Positions 18,029 through 27,600 of a stretch of 64,000 bases of DNA are shown here, in pieces. A model generated the notes under the pieces. It did no database searches and was not told where the DNA came from. It saw only the letters and a program-made list of their open reading frames with translations. How positions within the stretch are numbered: the first letter of the stretch is position 1; every line of letters starts with the position of its first letter. The stretch spans positions 1 to 64,000 of IMG/VR virus record IMGVR_UViG_3300043446_004613, one strand, 5' to 3'. Made by a program: the position numbers and the translations under genes.

Positions 18029-18769
18029 GTGCAACGCTACGCATCAAACACATACCTACCCGGCTATCCCGGCGTGCGCATAATCCGTCGGCTCGACCCT
18101 CCGCCGCCGCAGGCTTCACCCTACATCCGGCCCAATGCCAGCATCTTCATGGCAGGTACTCCGCCGGAAGATTATATCTGGCAGAACAACACGCCGGACT
18201 TTTACGAGTACGTATCGCTGGATTTGTACACGTCGGGAATCGCAGAACCTTACAGCTTGGTGTGCTATGTTTCCGCGCTTCGGAGTAACTCCTACTTTTC
18301 AGACGCCGAACTGATAGCGCTGAGCTTTCCAAGTTTGACGTATATTGGTGATAACGTGTTCTTTGAAGGAAGTAACCTTGAGTCGCTTGATATGCCGAAT
18401 CTGGTTGCTTGCGGCGACATCACTTTTGATATTACCAGCACAAAACTTACCAGTGTGGTGCTGCCTTCGCTTGTTCAACCACCTACGATATTCGCTATCT
18501 CAAACAACTATAACGGACTGGAGACAATCAGTTTGCCGAGTTTGCAGGCTACCGACTACTGGTACCGAGCGCTGTTTACAGAGAATTCGCTTACGCAGGA
18601 GTGTGTTGATGCTTTGCTTGCCCAGTGGGTCAGCATCGGTCAAGACTTCGGCGAACTCTGGCTGTGCTACGGCAGCAACGCCGCACCTTCTGTCCAAGGA
18701 GAAATCGACGCCCAAACGTTGCGTGATCGTGGCATGCTTGTTTACACCAACCCTGATCACCTGCCATAA
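18029..18769 (+). CDS. LRR/receptor-L-like beta-solenoid protein
   Basis: Repeats L.SL..P.L; C-cap LTQECVDALLA...L.DRG..V.TN. Confidence 0.7.
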   Translation: MQRYASNTYLPGYPGVRIIRRLDPPPPQASPYIRPNASIFMAGTPPEDYIWQNNTPDFYEYVSLDLYTSGIAEPYSLVCYVSALRSNSYFSDAELIALSFPSLTYIGDNVFFEGSNLESLDMPNLVACGDITFDITSTKLTSVVLPSLVQPPTIFAISNNYNGLETISLPSLQATDYWYRALFTENSLTQECVDALLAQWVSIGQDFGELWLCYGSNAAPSVQGEIDAQTLRDRGMLVYTNPDHLP

Positions 18770-18770
18770 C

Positions 18771-19496
18771 ATGCAAAACTCACCCTACAGCTGGAGTCCA
18801 GAAACAATCGATTTTGCCGGTGCAGCCGGTTGGAATCTTGATACTGAGGGCAGTGGTATTGTAAACCTGCTTTATATTCCAACGACGCTTCGTTATCTGT
18901 ACTTCTATGGACAAAACAGTCTTGAGTCGTTTGAGGCACTTAACCTTGTACACGTAACGGATGGACTCTACATCTACTCAAATTCAGCGCTCACTACGAT
19001 TGCATTGCCCGAGCTTGTACTGGTAGAGGGTTATTTTGAACTTGATGCCTGTCCTTTGGTGACATCGCTAAGTTTGCCAAAGCTCGTAAGCGTCTACGAC
19101 TTCTACGTCTACGTCTCAAACGTGACAACGCTAAGTTTGCCAGAGCTTACTGAATCGCCGAACGAGTTTTCTGTCACCAGCTGTCCGAGTCTAACTTCGG
19201 TTGACTTACCGAAACTTACGACGTGCGACGCTTTTTACCTGAGCTATAATCCAGCACTGACCACGCTGAACGTTCCAGAGCTTGTTCCCAACAGCTGGTT
19301 CTATTTCTCAGCGTACGGCAGCGCTCTTTCTTCTGAATCCGTAAATGCCGTGCTGGCCCGCTGCGTAGCTTCGCTTGCTTGCGTTTCAGGTATTATGGAC
19401 TTCAGTGGCGGCACGAATCAGCTGCCGACAGGTCAAGGCTTGATCGACATGCAAACGCTTATCGATCGCGGTGTAGCAGTCAACATAAACACCTAG
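18771..19496 (+). CDS. LRR/receptor-L-like beta-solenoid protein (paralog)
   Basis: LTTL.LPEL repeats; same C-cap; start reassigned to MQNSPY. Confidence 0.7.
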   Translation: MQNSPYSWSPETIDFAGAAGWNLDTEGSGIVNLLYIPTTLRYLYFYGQNSLESFEALNLVHVTDGLYIYSNSALTTIALPELVLVEGYFELDACPLVTSLSLPKLVSVYDFYVYVSNVTTLSLPELTESPNEFSVTSCPSLTSVDLPKLTTCDAFYLSYNPALTTLNVPELVPNSWFYFSAYGSALSSESVNAVLARCVASLACVSGIMDFSGGTNQLPTGQGLIDMQTLIDRGVAVNINT

Positions 19497-19508
19497 GCGG
19501 ACTGTACC

Positions 19509-19946
19509 ATGACCGCGCCACAGCAGATTGTAGGACGGCTTCTTGAAGACGAAGTAAATCCGCAAGATTACATCGACGCACTGCCATTCAGTTTAGAAAT
19601 AAATCGTCTCGTCAAAGGGATCATGCGTGAAGCGCCGTACTGCATGGACGTGCCAGAAGAGAAGCAGAATTTTCTTAACTGGCTGGATAACAATTCGCAA
19701 TTATTACCGGACTTGGAGCGAGCCAAGGACATCATAACGGCGAATCAGTCGTGGTGCTTTGACAACGTCGAAGACGTAGCCCTGTTCATTTCGATGCTGA
19801 CCGGTAAAGTCCATACCGAAAATCCGTGCGAGCGCTGCGATGGTACCGGGGATGATCCAAATGATGTCGGCTACCTGTGCCCAGCGTGCTACGGGTGGGG
19901 CTACCAGCTTATCTCCGATCTCGGCTCCAAGGAACCTACACAATGA
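19509..19946 (+). CDS. LLE-tagged protein with DnaJ-type Zn finger
   Basis: IVGRLLE|DEVNPQDYID; CERCDGTG and CPACYGWG. Confidence 0.65.
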   Translation: MTAPQQIVGRLLEDEVNPQDYIDALPFSLEINRLVKGIMREAPYCMDVPEEKQNFLNWLDNNSQLLPDLERAKDIITANQSWCFDNVEDVALFISMLTGKVHTENPCERCDGTGDDPNDVGYLCPACYGWGYQLISDLGSKEPTQ

Positions 19947-20347
19947 AACCTAGATCAATCATATCCCGGATGCTTGAGGACGAAGAAGTCGATCGCTACG
20001 TCGACCAGTTGAAGTCCAGACCGAACATCAAGGATGTATTCGCAGCACTGGAAGCTGCGTTCGGTTTGGTAGACGGTTGGTGGCAGTACGTCAACGACCG
20101 CTGGCACGGCGGCCCGGTGCTAGTTGTGCTCGGAATCCCGACAACAAATACCGAAGACGTAAACGCTACGGCGATTGAGACACTGAGTCCGTTCGGTATT
20201 AAACCAGTAGACGTCTCGTATGACTTAGAGTTTGAGCAACTTTCCGTGTTTCTGCCGTTGGACAGTATCAACGCACCACCGCCAAAAACCAAAGAAGAGG
20301 CGGAAGAGGCTGACCTGTTCAGCGGTCGAGAGGAAGAAGGTAGTTAG
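19943..20347 (+). CDS. LLE-tagged protein
   Basis: MKPRSIISRMLE|DEEVDRYVD. Confidence 0.6.
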   Translation: MKPRSIISRMLEDEEVDRYVDQLKSRPNIKDVFAALEAAFGLVDGWWQYVNDRWHGGPVLVVLGIPTTNTEDVNATAIETLSPFGIKPVDVSYDLEFEQLSVFLPLDSINAPPPKTKEEAEEADLFSGREEEGS

Positions 20348-20355
20348 ACTGGAAC

Positions 20356-21003
20356 ATGAACATTCCGGTCACATACGTACCCGATCCACTCAAAGTGGAC
20401 GGCGGAGGAACGGTAGTGCCTCAAGCGCTGCCGAGCGCAGACATGCCTATCACCGTAATACCTGCGCCGGTCTTGCCTCCCGTGCCGCTTCCGCAGTTCT
20501 CGTGTACGTTGGTACCTGATCCGAACAAAGTCGATGGCGGTGGTATCGTCGAACCGCAGCCCGAACCTGTCTCCAACATTCCGGTGACCTATGTCCCTCC
20601 GCGTTCGACCACACTGCCGACAGTTTACTTCACAGCCGCGCCGACAAGCGGTGAAGCTCCGTTGAGTGTCGTGTTCACAAACGAAAGTACGCTAGGCGTC
20701 TATTTCACGTGGGATTTTGGTGATGGCACAACCAGTAACAGCGTATCGCCGACACACATCTATACCGGAACAGGTACGTACACGGTTGAATTAGCCGGTA
20801 TCGATGCAAGCGGTACGACGTACTACACCCGCGAGAACTACATCGCAGCAGTGAACAGCGCACCGCCAGCCCCGGTTGCTGACTTTACTGCTACGCCGTT
20901 AACCGGCGATGCTCCTTTGAGTGTTACGTTTACCAACCTGAGTACGAACGGAACGTACTTCACATGGGATTTCGGCGACGGCACCATCGTCAATAATCCT
21001 TGA
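20356..21003 (+). CDS. Pro-rich protein with 1.5 PKD domains
   Basis: PDP.KVDGGG twice; F.A.P..G.APL.V.FTN.S...WDFGDG twice; TAGTTA at 20341. Confidence 0.8.
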   Translation: MNIPVTYVPDPLKVDGGGTVVPQALPSADMPITVIPAPVLPPVPLPQFSCTLVPDPNKVDGGGIVEPQPEPVSNIPVTYVPPRSTTLPTVYFTAAPTSGEAPLSVVFTNESTLGVYFTWDFGDGTTSNSVSPTHIYTGTGTYTVELAGIDASGTTYYTRENYIAAVNSAPPAPVADFTATPLTGDAPLSVTFTNLSTNGTYFTWDFGDGTIVNNP

Positions 21004-21015
21004 CTACGCGCTACC

Positions 21016-22758
21016 ATGAATCCGACTCACCTCTATATCAGCGCTGGAACGTACACGGTCGTACTCACAGCTACCGGCCCTAGCGGAACCAGTACAAAAA
21101 CACGCACGAATTACGTTGTGGTCGCTGAACCGCCAGTGATCTACTGGAAAGGTATAAATTCGGACTGGAACGATCCGAATAACTGGTATCTAGATTCAGC
21201 TGGTACAGTTCCGTCGCCGTATGCCCCTTGGCTTGCTTCTGACGCTCACTATCTAGCTTCAGACTTGGCGCTGTGTGATTCAGCCATTGAAACGCCCGGA
21301 ATCACGAGCGTTTTAAGTGCTAATGTTACCGGTACGTGCAACCTGCACGTTGAGCTTAGTGGTGGTTCTGTATACAGCGGTAAATGGCAGAGCAACGATT
21401 TTTACGCTTACAGCGGATCAATTTACGGAGGTATGTACGAGTCGCTGTTGTTCGTCGATGGCGCTACGATTTATTCAGGTACGTTCAACTCGGAAGTTAA
21501 TTTAAGCAGCGGTGAAATATACGGCGGCACCTTCAACGGAATCGTATACACATCCGGTGAAATCTACGGTGGTACGTTTAACGATTACGTAGAAAACTCA
21601 AATAACATTTGGGGTGGAACATTCAACTCTGATTTCGTAAACGGCAGCGGCAGCTTCGTGTATGACGGCAATTTCAACGGTGCCGTCACCAATAACGCAG
21701 GTGCCGGATTCTACGGTGGATTTGTTACATCGTCCTCGTTTACAAACTACGGTACCGTATCTGGGCCTGATGTAGATTATCTGAGCATCACTGTAACAGC
21801 GTTGATGAACTATGGCTTCATTTGGGGAGGCTACTGGGCGATGACCAGTATATCGACGGAAAGCGGTGAAGTACATGGTGGCACTTTCTTGACGGCGGAT
21901 GCTAGTTTTACCGTATACAATACCGACTTCAGTTCGCAGGATTATCCGCTCGTATCAGACGGAGGTACTATCTACATCGATCTAGCAACATGCCTCAATG
22001 CCTACGATCCGACATTTCCGTTTAGCGGCATAAATGGAGGTCAAGTCGTATTAGTCGAACCGCCTAACGGGTTGCTCAATTCGCTGGAAGCTTACTGGAC
22101 ATTCAGCGCACCACCCGTAAACGGAGTCTATTATTACGATGTTACCGGTAACCACACGCTCGATGTAGCCGCTAATCAGCCATCAGATGCAACAGGTATT
22201 GTCGATACCGCGCTTGTTTTTGGACAAAACAGCCCTGATTACTTGGTCGGCGACGCTATCTTTGTCGGTATGGACTACGGGCACGACGCAGTGACAATCA
22301 ACTATTGGGCACAGTACCAGTCGACGATTATCGATAGCTCGTCGGCAGCTTATCAGCTATTAAACGTTGACCAGAACTCAGGTATTGCTACTTATCAAGC
22401 GTACTGCGACCCATCCGGTGATTTTGGATACTTCAAAAATGACGAAATCGGAACCGTTAACCTCAACGGCGATGTCTATGATCGCTGGATAATGTTTACA
22501 GCCGTTCGCTTATACATTGACAATAATGGCGGATACTGGCTGTTCTACGTTGATGGTGCTTTGGTGCTTGAAGGCTACGATAACGGCATATACAGTTACA
22601 CATCTACGCACTACTTAGGAAACGATTCATCTGAAGGTTATGGTTGGATTGGTTCTGTCTGCGGCTTAGGGATATGGTCAACAGCACTGAGCGTAACGCA
22701 GATAAATCAGCTGTACAACAACGGCAATGGTTTGTCGTACTCGCATTTTACTACTTGA
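21016..22758 (+). CDS. Virion adhesin/tail-fibre-like protein: half-PKD, beta-helix (IYGGTFN repeats) and LamG/ConA domain
   Basis: NPTHLY..AGTYTV.LT; GGTFN repeats; AYW.F...W.M.T.V...YVDG...IWS.ALS..QI.QLYNNGNG. Confidence 0.8.
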   Translation: MNPTHLYISAGTYTVVLTATGPSGTSTKTRTNYVVVAEPPVIYWKGINSDWNDPNNWYLDSAGTVPSPYAPWLASDAHYLASDLALCDSAIETPGITSVLSANVTGTCNLHVELSGGSVYSGKWQSNDFYAYSGSIYGGMYESLLFVDGATIYSGTFNSEVNLSSGEIYGGTFNGIVYTSGEIYGGTFNDYVENSNNIWGGTFNSDFVNGSGSFVYDGNFNGAVTNNAGAGFYGGFVTSSSFTNYGTVSGPDVDYLSITVTALMNYGFIWGGYWAMTSISTESGEVHGGTFLTADASFTVYNTDFSSQDYPLVSDGGTIYIDLATCLNAYDPTFPFSGINGGQVVLVEPPNGLLNSLEAYWTFSAPPVNGVYYYDVTGNHTLDVAANQPSDATGIVDTALVFGQNSPDYLVGDAIFVGMDYGHDAVTINYWAQYQSTIIDSSSAAYQLLNVDQNSGIATYQAYCDPSGDFGYFKNDEIGTVNLNGDVYDRWIMFTAVRLYIDNNGGYWLFYVDGALVLEGYDNGIYSYTSTHYLGNDSSEGYGWIGSVCGLGIWSTALSVTQINQLYNNGNGLSYSHFTT

Positions 22759-22759
22759 T

Positions 22760-23002
22760 ATGAACATGAACATTGTAAACGTAATCCCAAAAGCTGTGGA
22801 AATCGTTTCGGCACGTACTGAAACGTTCAGCACCATTAAATGGACGACGCTCGACGACGCTTTTAACTCCAAGCTGTTGATCATCGTCAACGGTCAAATC
22901 CGTATAACTGTTACGGGCCAAGACTACATCAGCCTCGGTGACTGGACAGATGCTACGATCAAGCAGCTGGTTTTAACGCGCTTGGGTCTTACGGAAGCGT
23001 AA
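22760..23002 (+). CDS. Small tail-fibre-associated protein
   Basis: GQDY..LGDWTD...LGL; follows the fibre-like gene. Confidence 0.55.
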   Translation: MNMNIVNVIPKAVEIVSARTETFSTIKWTTLDDAFNSKLLIIVNGQIRITVTGQDYISLGDWTDATIKQLVLTRLGLTEA

Positions 23003-23058
23003 GGACGAGTAAGTTCTGAAGCCTGATAGCGCCCTGACTGCTTAAAGCAGCGGTCAGG

Positions 23059-23226
23059 TCATCCCGCGCTGCCCATTTCTGCCTCGGTCTTGACCCATTC
23101 GGCACCGTTCTCATCGACGATGACGTACATGCCGTTTTCAAGGACAACATCGCCTTCCGGGGTTGTAACGGTAACAGGATCGCCGTCATGCTTGATGACT
23201 TGGCATTTGGATAGGTCAAGAGCCAT
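23059..23226 (-). CDS. Hypothetical protein
   Basis: VTTPEG...G.YVI motif. Confidence 0.45.
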   Translation of the reverse strand: MALDLSKCQVIKHDGDPVTVTTPEGDVVLENGMYVIVDENGAEWVKTEAEMGSAG

Positions 23227-23230
23227 AAAA

Positions 23231-23626
23231 TCAAAGGTCACGCTGCCGCCTAACGTCATACACCTCGTAGCTGTACTTGAAACCCATGCGTTCAGCCACT
23301 ACCCACATCGGATCGCAGCTGCCGTTCTTGGAACGTTCGCGCTTGATGTACCCGTTATCTTCCAGCCACTGGGCAGCTGTCCACTGGAACTGATCACCGT
23401 AACCGTATTCCATCGGTGTTGTGTGGACAAGCTTGTCGTTAACGTAGATGTCTGCGACGTGATAGGTGTTGCCATACGTGCGCTGGAACCAGCGCCGACC
23501 GACTACGTGAATGGAGTCGATCTTATGGTGTTTGTTCTCGATCTCGTGATAGATGAACGCCATCGGATCATTCGGATCAAACGAATCATCTTCCAGCAGT
23601 GTTTTGGCAATAGTGCTCGCGTTCAT
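23231..23626 (-). CDS. LLE-tagged protein
   Basis: MNASTIAKTLLE|DDSFDPNDP; RWF..TYGNTYH...YGYGDQ domain. Confidence 0.65.
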   Translation of the reverse strand: MNASTIAKTLLEDDSFDPNDPMAFIYHEIENKHHKIDSIHVVGRRWFQRTYGNTYHVADIYVNDKLVHTTPMEYGYGDQFQWTAAQWLEDNGYIKRERSKNGSCDPMWVVAERMGFKYSYEVYDVRRQRDL

Positions 23627-23829
23627 CTTAAAGCAAGGCCGCCGAGGCCCTTGATCAGTTCCTCTATTACATACGGAAGATCAAGCGGGTCTAGCGTCAT
23701 AGCCCGGTGCCCGCTGGCCGTGACGTAGTAGCTCAAGCGCTGACCATTGAACGGTGTGACGTAAATCCAGCCCTCACAACAGGCAATCTTGGTCTTACGG
23801 TTGCGTGAAATCGGCGGGGTCATACTCAA
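23623..23829 (-). CDS. Hypothetical protein
   Basis: Operon packing. Confidence 0.45.
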   Translation of the reverse strand: MSMTPPISRNRKTKIACCEGWIYVTPFNGQRLSYYVTASGHRAMTLDPLDLPYVIEELIKGLGGLALR

Positions 23830-24070
23830 CTAGCTGGCCGGACGTTTCCGGGTTCATTGAAACGAAGCACTCCGCCATGCCTAACTGCCAAGCGACTTCT
23901 GACGGATAGAGAAACTGCGCGGAAAGAAGCTGTTGGATGACACGGCTTGTCGCGCCCGGCTGCTCACTGTCCTGTACCAATGTCACACTGGGAGTCGATG
24001 AAGAATAGCGCAAGGCCGGGCGATTGCGCAGCAGTGCCTTGTTGACGGCGGTTTGGCGGGTGACAGTCAT
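23795..24070 (-). CDS. Hypothetical protein
   Basis: Operon packing. Confidence 0.4.
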   Translation of the reverse strand: MTVTRQTAVNKALLRNRPALRYSSSTPSVTLVQDSEQPGATSRVIQQLLSAQFLYPSEVAWQLGMAECFVSMNPETSGQLVEYDPADFTQP

Positions 24071-24249
24071 ATACGTTTCACTTTGTGGGCATCGACTTGC
24101 AACCAGACTTCGCCACGGGCCGGATTGCGTACGAGAACGCTCTCCTGACTGTGACTATCGACTTTGACTACGTAGCCACGCTCGCGCCCACCGGTAGAGC
24201 TTTCGTATTCGACCGGGTCGCCGGGTTGTAGAGGTTGCGGCTTGTTCAT
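24067..24249 (-). CDS. Small SH3/KOW-like protein
   Basis: LQPGDPVEY...G.VVKV. Confidence 0.5.
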   Translation of the reverse strand: MNKPQPLQPGDPVEYESSTGGRERGYVVKVDSHSQESVLVRNPARGEVWLQVDAHKVKRI

Positions 24250-24252
24250 AGC

Positions 24253-24567
24253 TTAATTACGGCTCCAGTTGTCACTGATACCCGGCATACGCTCTGTCAA
24301 TTTACCGGAACCAGCATCGGCAGCGGTGAGCACGGTGGCATTTGAAGCCGCAGCGTACTCGGTTGTGTAGCCCAGATGCTGGCAGACAATCGTGATGCGA
24401 TCATACATGTCATCCTTTGGGCCGCTGGTGCAGACCAGCTTTTTGTCGGTATGGTTTATCCGCCAGATGCTGCCGTTCATCGGGATGATCCAAGTCCCGC
24501 CGTTGTTGATGCGGGCGATATGCGAACGCGTCCATTCAATATCAGATGCGCGAGGTTTCCAGTTCAT
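24253..24567 (-). CDS. Hypothetical protein
   Basis: First gene after the promoter. Confidence 0.55.
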   Translation of the reverse strand: MNWKPRASDIEWTRSHIARINNGGTWIIPMNGSIWRINHTDKKLVCTSGPKDDMYDRITIVCQHLGYTTEYAAASNATVLTAADAGSGKLTERMPGISDNWSRN

Positions 24568-24575
24568 GTGGACAC

Positions 24576-24603
24576 TGTATACAGCATCGATTAGAGCGTC
24601 AAC
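24576..24603 (-). promoter_or_regulatory. Early sigma70-like promoter
   Basis: CATTTAGTAAAATTTTAGGTTGAC-N14-TGTATACAGT. Confidence 0.65.
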
Positions 24604-24624
24604 CTAAAATTTTACTAAATGTGC

Positions 24625-27600
24625 TCACGGCTCAAAACGCATGGCGCTGAGCACTTCATCGTACCATTTGCTGTAATGGATACCGATCCGCTCGATCACT
24701 TTTGCCTCTTCTTCTGGCGGGACACTGCTGGCCGCACAGCGCTCAAGGGCTGAGTCGAGATCACGAAGCATGGCCGCCGCGCTGTTCGGTGTCTCACAGT
24801 TGACGTCCTGAGCCGCGTTGAGCCAAGTCTTGTCGCGATAGTTGTACACCCGCACAACAGCTTCTACAGTGTTTCCGCCAAACAGCCAGAGATGGATGGC
24901 GTGCTGATTTCCGTCCGGCGCTTTGATGCCTTTGATCCAGCTGCGCGTCATTGCCGACTCGGTGTTGTTGAAGATAAAAACTTCATGTTTTTCACCGTTC
25001 TTGGGTACGCTCCAACCAAGCCGCTGAAGCTCTGTCAGCAGCGGATTCGCATCCAAGTTGCCGATAATTCCTTCGGGATCGTCAGGATCAGAAGATTCAG
25101 CTACCGGCCCTTTGGCCAGCGCTTTAGCACGGGCTTCTAGTGCGTCAATGCCGTTGATTAAATCGTAAAATGACAGGCTGTGCTCGTGCTCCATATCGCG
25201 CCAAGCCATACCATCAGCCAGCCAGAACGTGACATCGTAGATCGTATTCGCGTCGTCTGTTGCTATGGAGCCGCGACGGCTGATACCGAGCATTACCTCG
25301 CGCTGACGTCCGCTGAGTTCATTTCGCGGCCCGCAGAATATCTTGTAGATGAGATCAGCTTCGCGGGTGTAGCCGCGCTGTTTTAGCATGTCGCGCAAGT
25401 TCAGTAGGTGCTCAGCCCCCTCAGCAGATGGTTCATCAAATGATTCTGCGTTCTCGACGATGCGCGGTTGCGTCCAACGCTTTATGCAGGCGTTCAATGT
25501 ATCCGCCAGTTGTGGCAGGTCGCAGGTAACTTCAAAATGTGTCGGCATGTACGCCGAGTCGAAGAAGTACGCTAAGTAGATGTGATAGGCGTACTCGCCA
25601 GCCGCTGGTTTTGTGCGGCGGTCACGATCCACGTAAATGTAGCGAGCCGGATCGTTCTTGCCACGGCCCTGATAAATCAGTTTTTTCCACTCAAGCGTAA
25701 AGCGATCATCATAGTAGCGCACCGGCTCGAACCCAAGCCGAGTAAGCAGCGCACTGGCTTCCTCTTCCTGCGAAAATTGCTCCTTGTAGCGTTCAAGGTC
25801 GCCAGTGTCATCGACGTCAGCAGCGCTCTCTTCGACGGCTTCTTCGTAATCTGCCGGGAATAGTTCAGCGGAGCGCTGGTACACGAGCGATCGGATGTGT
25901 TCAGCCTCCGGGCTTTCGTAGGAGATGTCGTTGTTGTCGATGTACTGGGAGGACACTTCAGATGCAAGTTCGTCCGCCCGGCGCGGCGTGAGATCACCGC
26001 GTTTGTTCGCCTGTCGGTCAAATTCAGCAACGGCCTGCTGGGCCAGCAGCTTGTACGCGTTAGCCACTTCGGCTGCGTAGGCATCAACACTGGCCTGTGC
26101 GTCTACATCCTCACTTTCCGTGACGCTCACCTCTGGAGGCACAGTGAAGTACAAACCGAAATCGCCATCGCTGAACGGAGCGTAAAACTCGAATTTACGT
26201 GCTTGAGGGCATGCAGAACGGATAGCCAGTACACCGTCTTTTTTGGCTTTATCCGCAATAGCGTCATACTCTTTGTCCGGCATATCATACGTAAGTTCAA
26301 GCGGACTGTTCCACTCCATAAGATATATCGTGCTGGGAGTCGGGTTGCTTTCACTGTTCGGCGGAAACGCCGCTCGGCAGTAAACATACTCGTAGCCTGC
26401 TTGTTTCAGGTTACCGGCAGCCTCTTTCAGCGAAAATGCAACGGGAAGTTTGTCGATGTAGCCAGCTACATCGTCATCAGGAAGCTCAAAGCTTTCACGA
26501 ACCGGCTTGCGCGGAAAACGGACAAGTTCGTCACGCATGCTCGTGTCCCAGCGGCGAATTTCTTCTTCAGGCTCGTCATGTAAAAAGGCTAGTGACTCGA
26601 TGTCCGTTTCCCACCCGGCATCACGCATTGTCTTGATCCACTTCTGGTGAAACTTAGACTTACTGCCTTCATCCGGTAACGCAGTACCGGTTAGCTTTGT
26701 GGAGGTCTGGTCGGCGAGTTCACCAAGCTTTGCCAGCCATTTCCGGGCTACACCGGCTTTGCGCATCGATTTTGGCACGTACAGGCGGTCTATGTGAAAC
26801 GAGTCTTTGTTCGGTGTACCGCTGATCTTAACCCCGTTAGGCAGCGTCCAGTGATAATCTATCTGCACGGTGCCAGCGTTGTCTATTTCCTCAGCGTCCG
26901 TGCGCGTGGCCATAGCGGACATGGCCTCAATAAAAGGACTCTGGTAAACACTCATCTGGCGCTGAATGAACGGCTCGGGATCATCTTCTGATTCTTTGAT
27001 GTGCGCAACCATGCCGGGATGTTCGTTGAATACATCGGCACGCTTAGACGCGACAGTTGTATTCTGACTGATGAGCCACTCTTTAGGCGGAGGCTCTGAT
27101 GGTTGGAACAGTCGCTCTACATCATCAACATCTGTCTGCGTGAAACGATAAACGCCGATACGTTGGTCAACCGCAAAACCCTTCAGATCAATCATCTCGA
27201 TATTGAAATTAGGATAACGGTCGATTCGATGGGTGATACGTGTCGGGTAATAGTAGCAAACACCTCTACGATCGAGCTTAGGTGCTACGTACCAGCGATT
27301 CAAAAACTTCTGCGCCCGCTTATATTCATCCTTGTTTACGACGTCAACTGGAACCTCTGTATCGACATATTCCTGCGCATTGACGTCATCTTCCTGCGAC
27401 TCGTAGGTATTCACGTAGTTCATCCGAGACTCAGGCGTCAGCTGTGCTTTTGAGATCAGAAGAGAAAAGCCGGTTCCGGTAACATGCTTCCACGGCTCCA
27501 TCTTAATTCTATACGATGTAAGCTTGTGATCGGTACAAAACTTTTCCAGCTGATTGCGGAAAAACTCAGTTTCAAGCGGCTTGCCGTTTTCATCTTCCGC

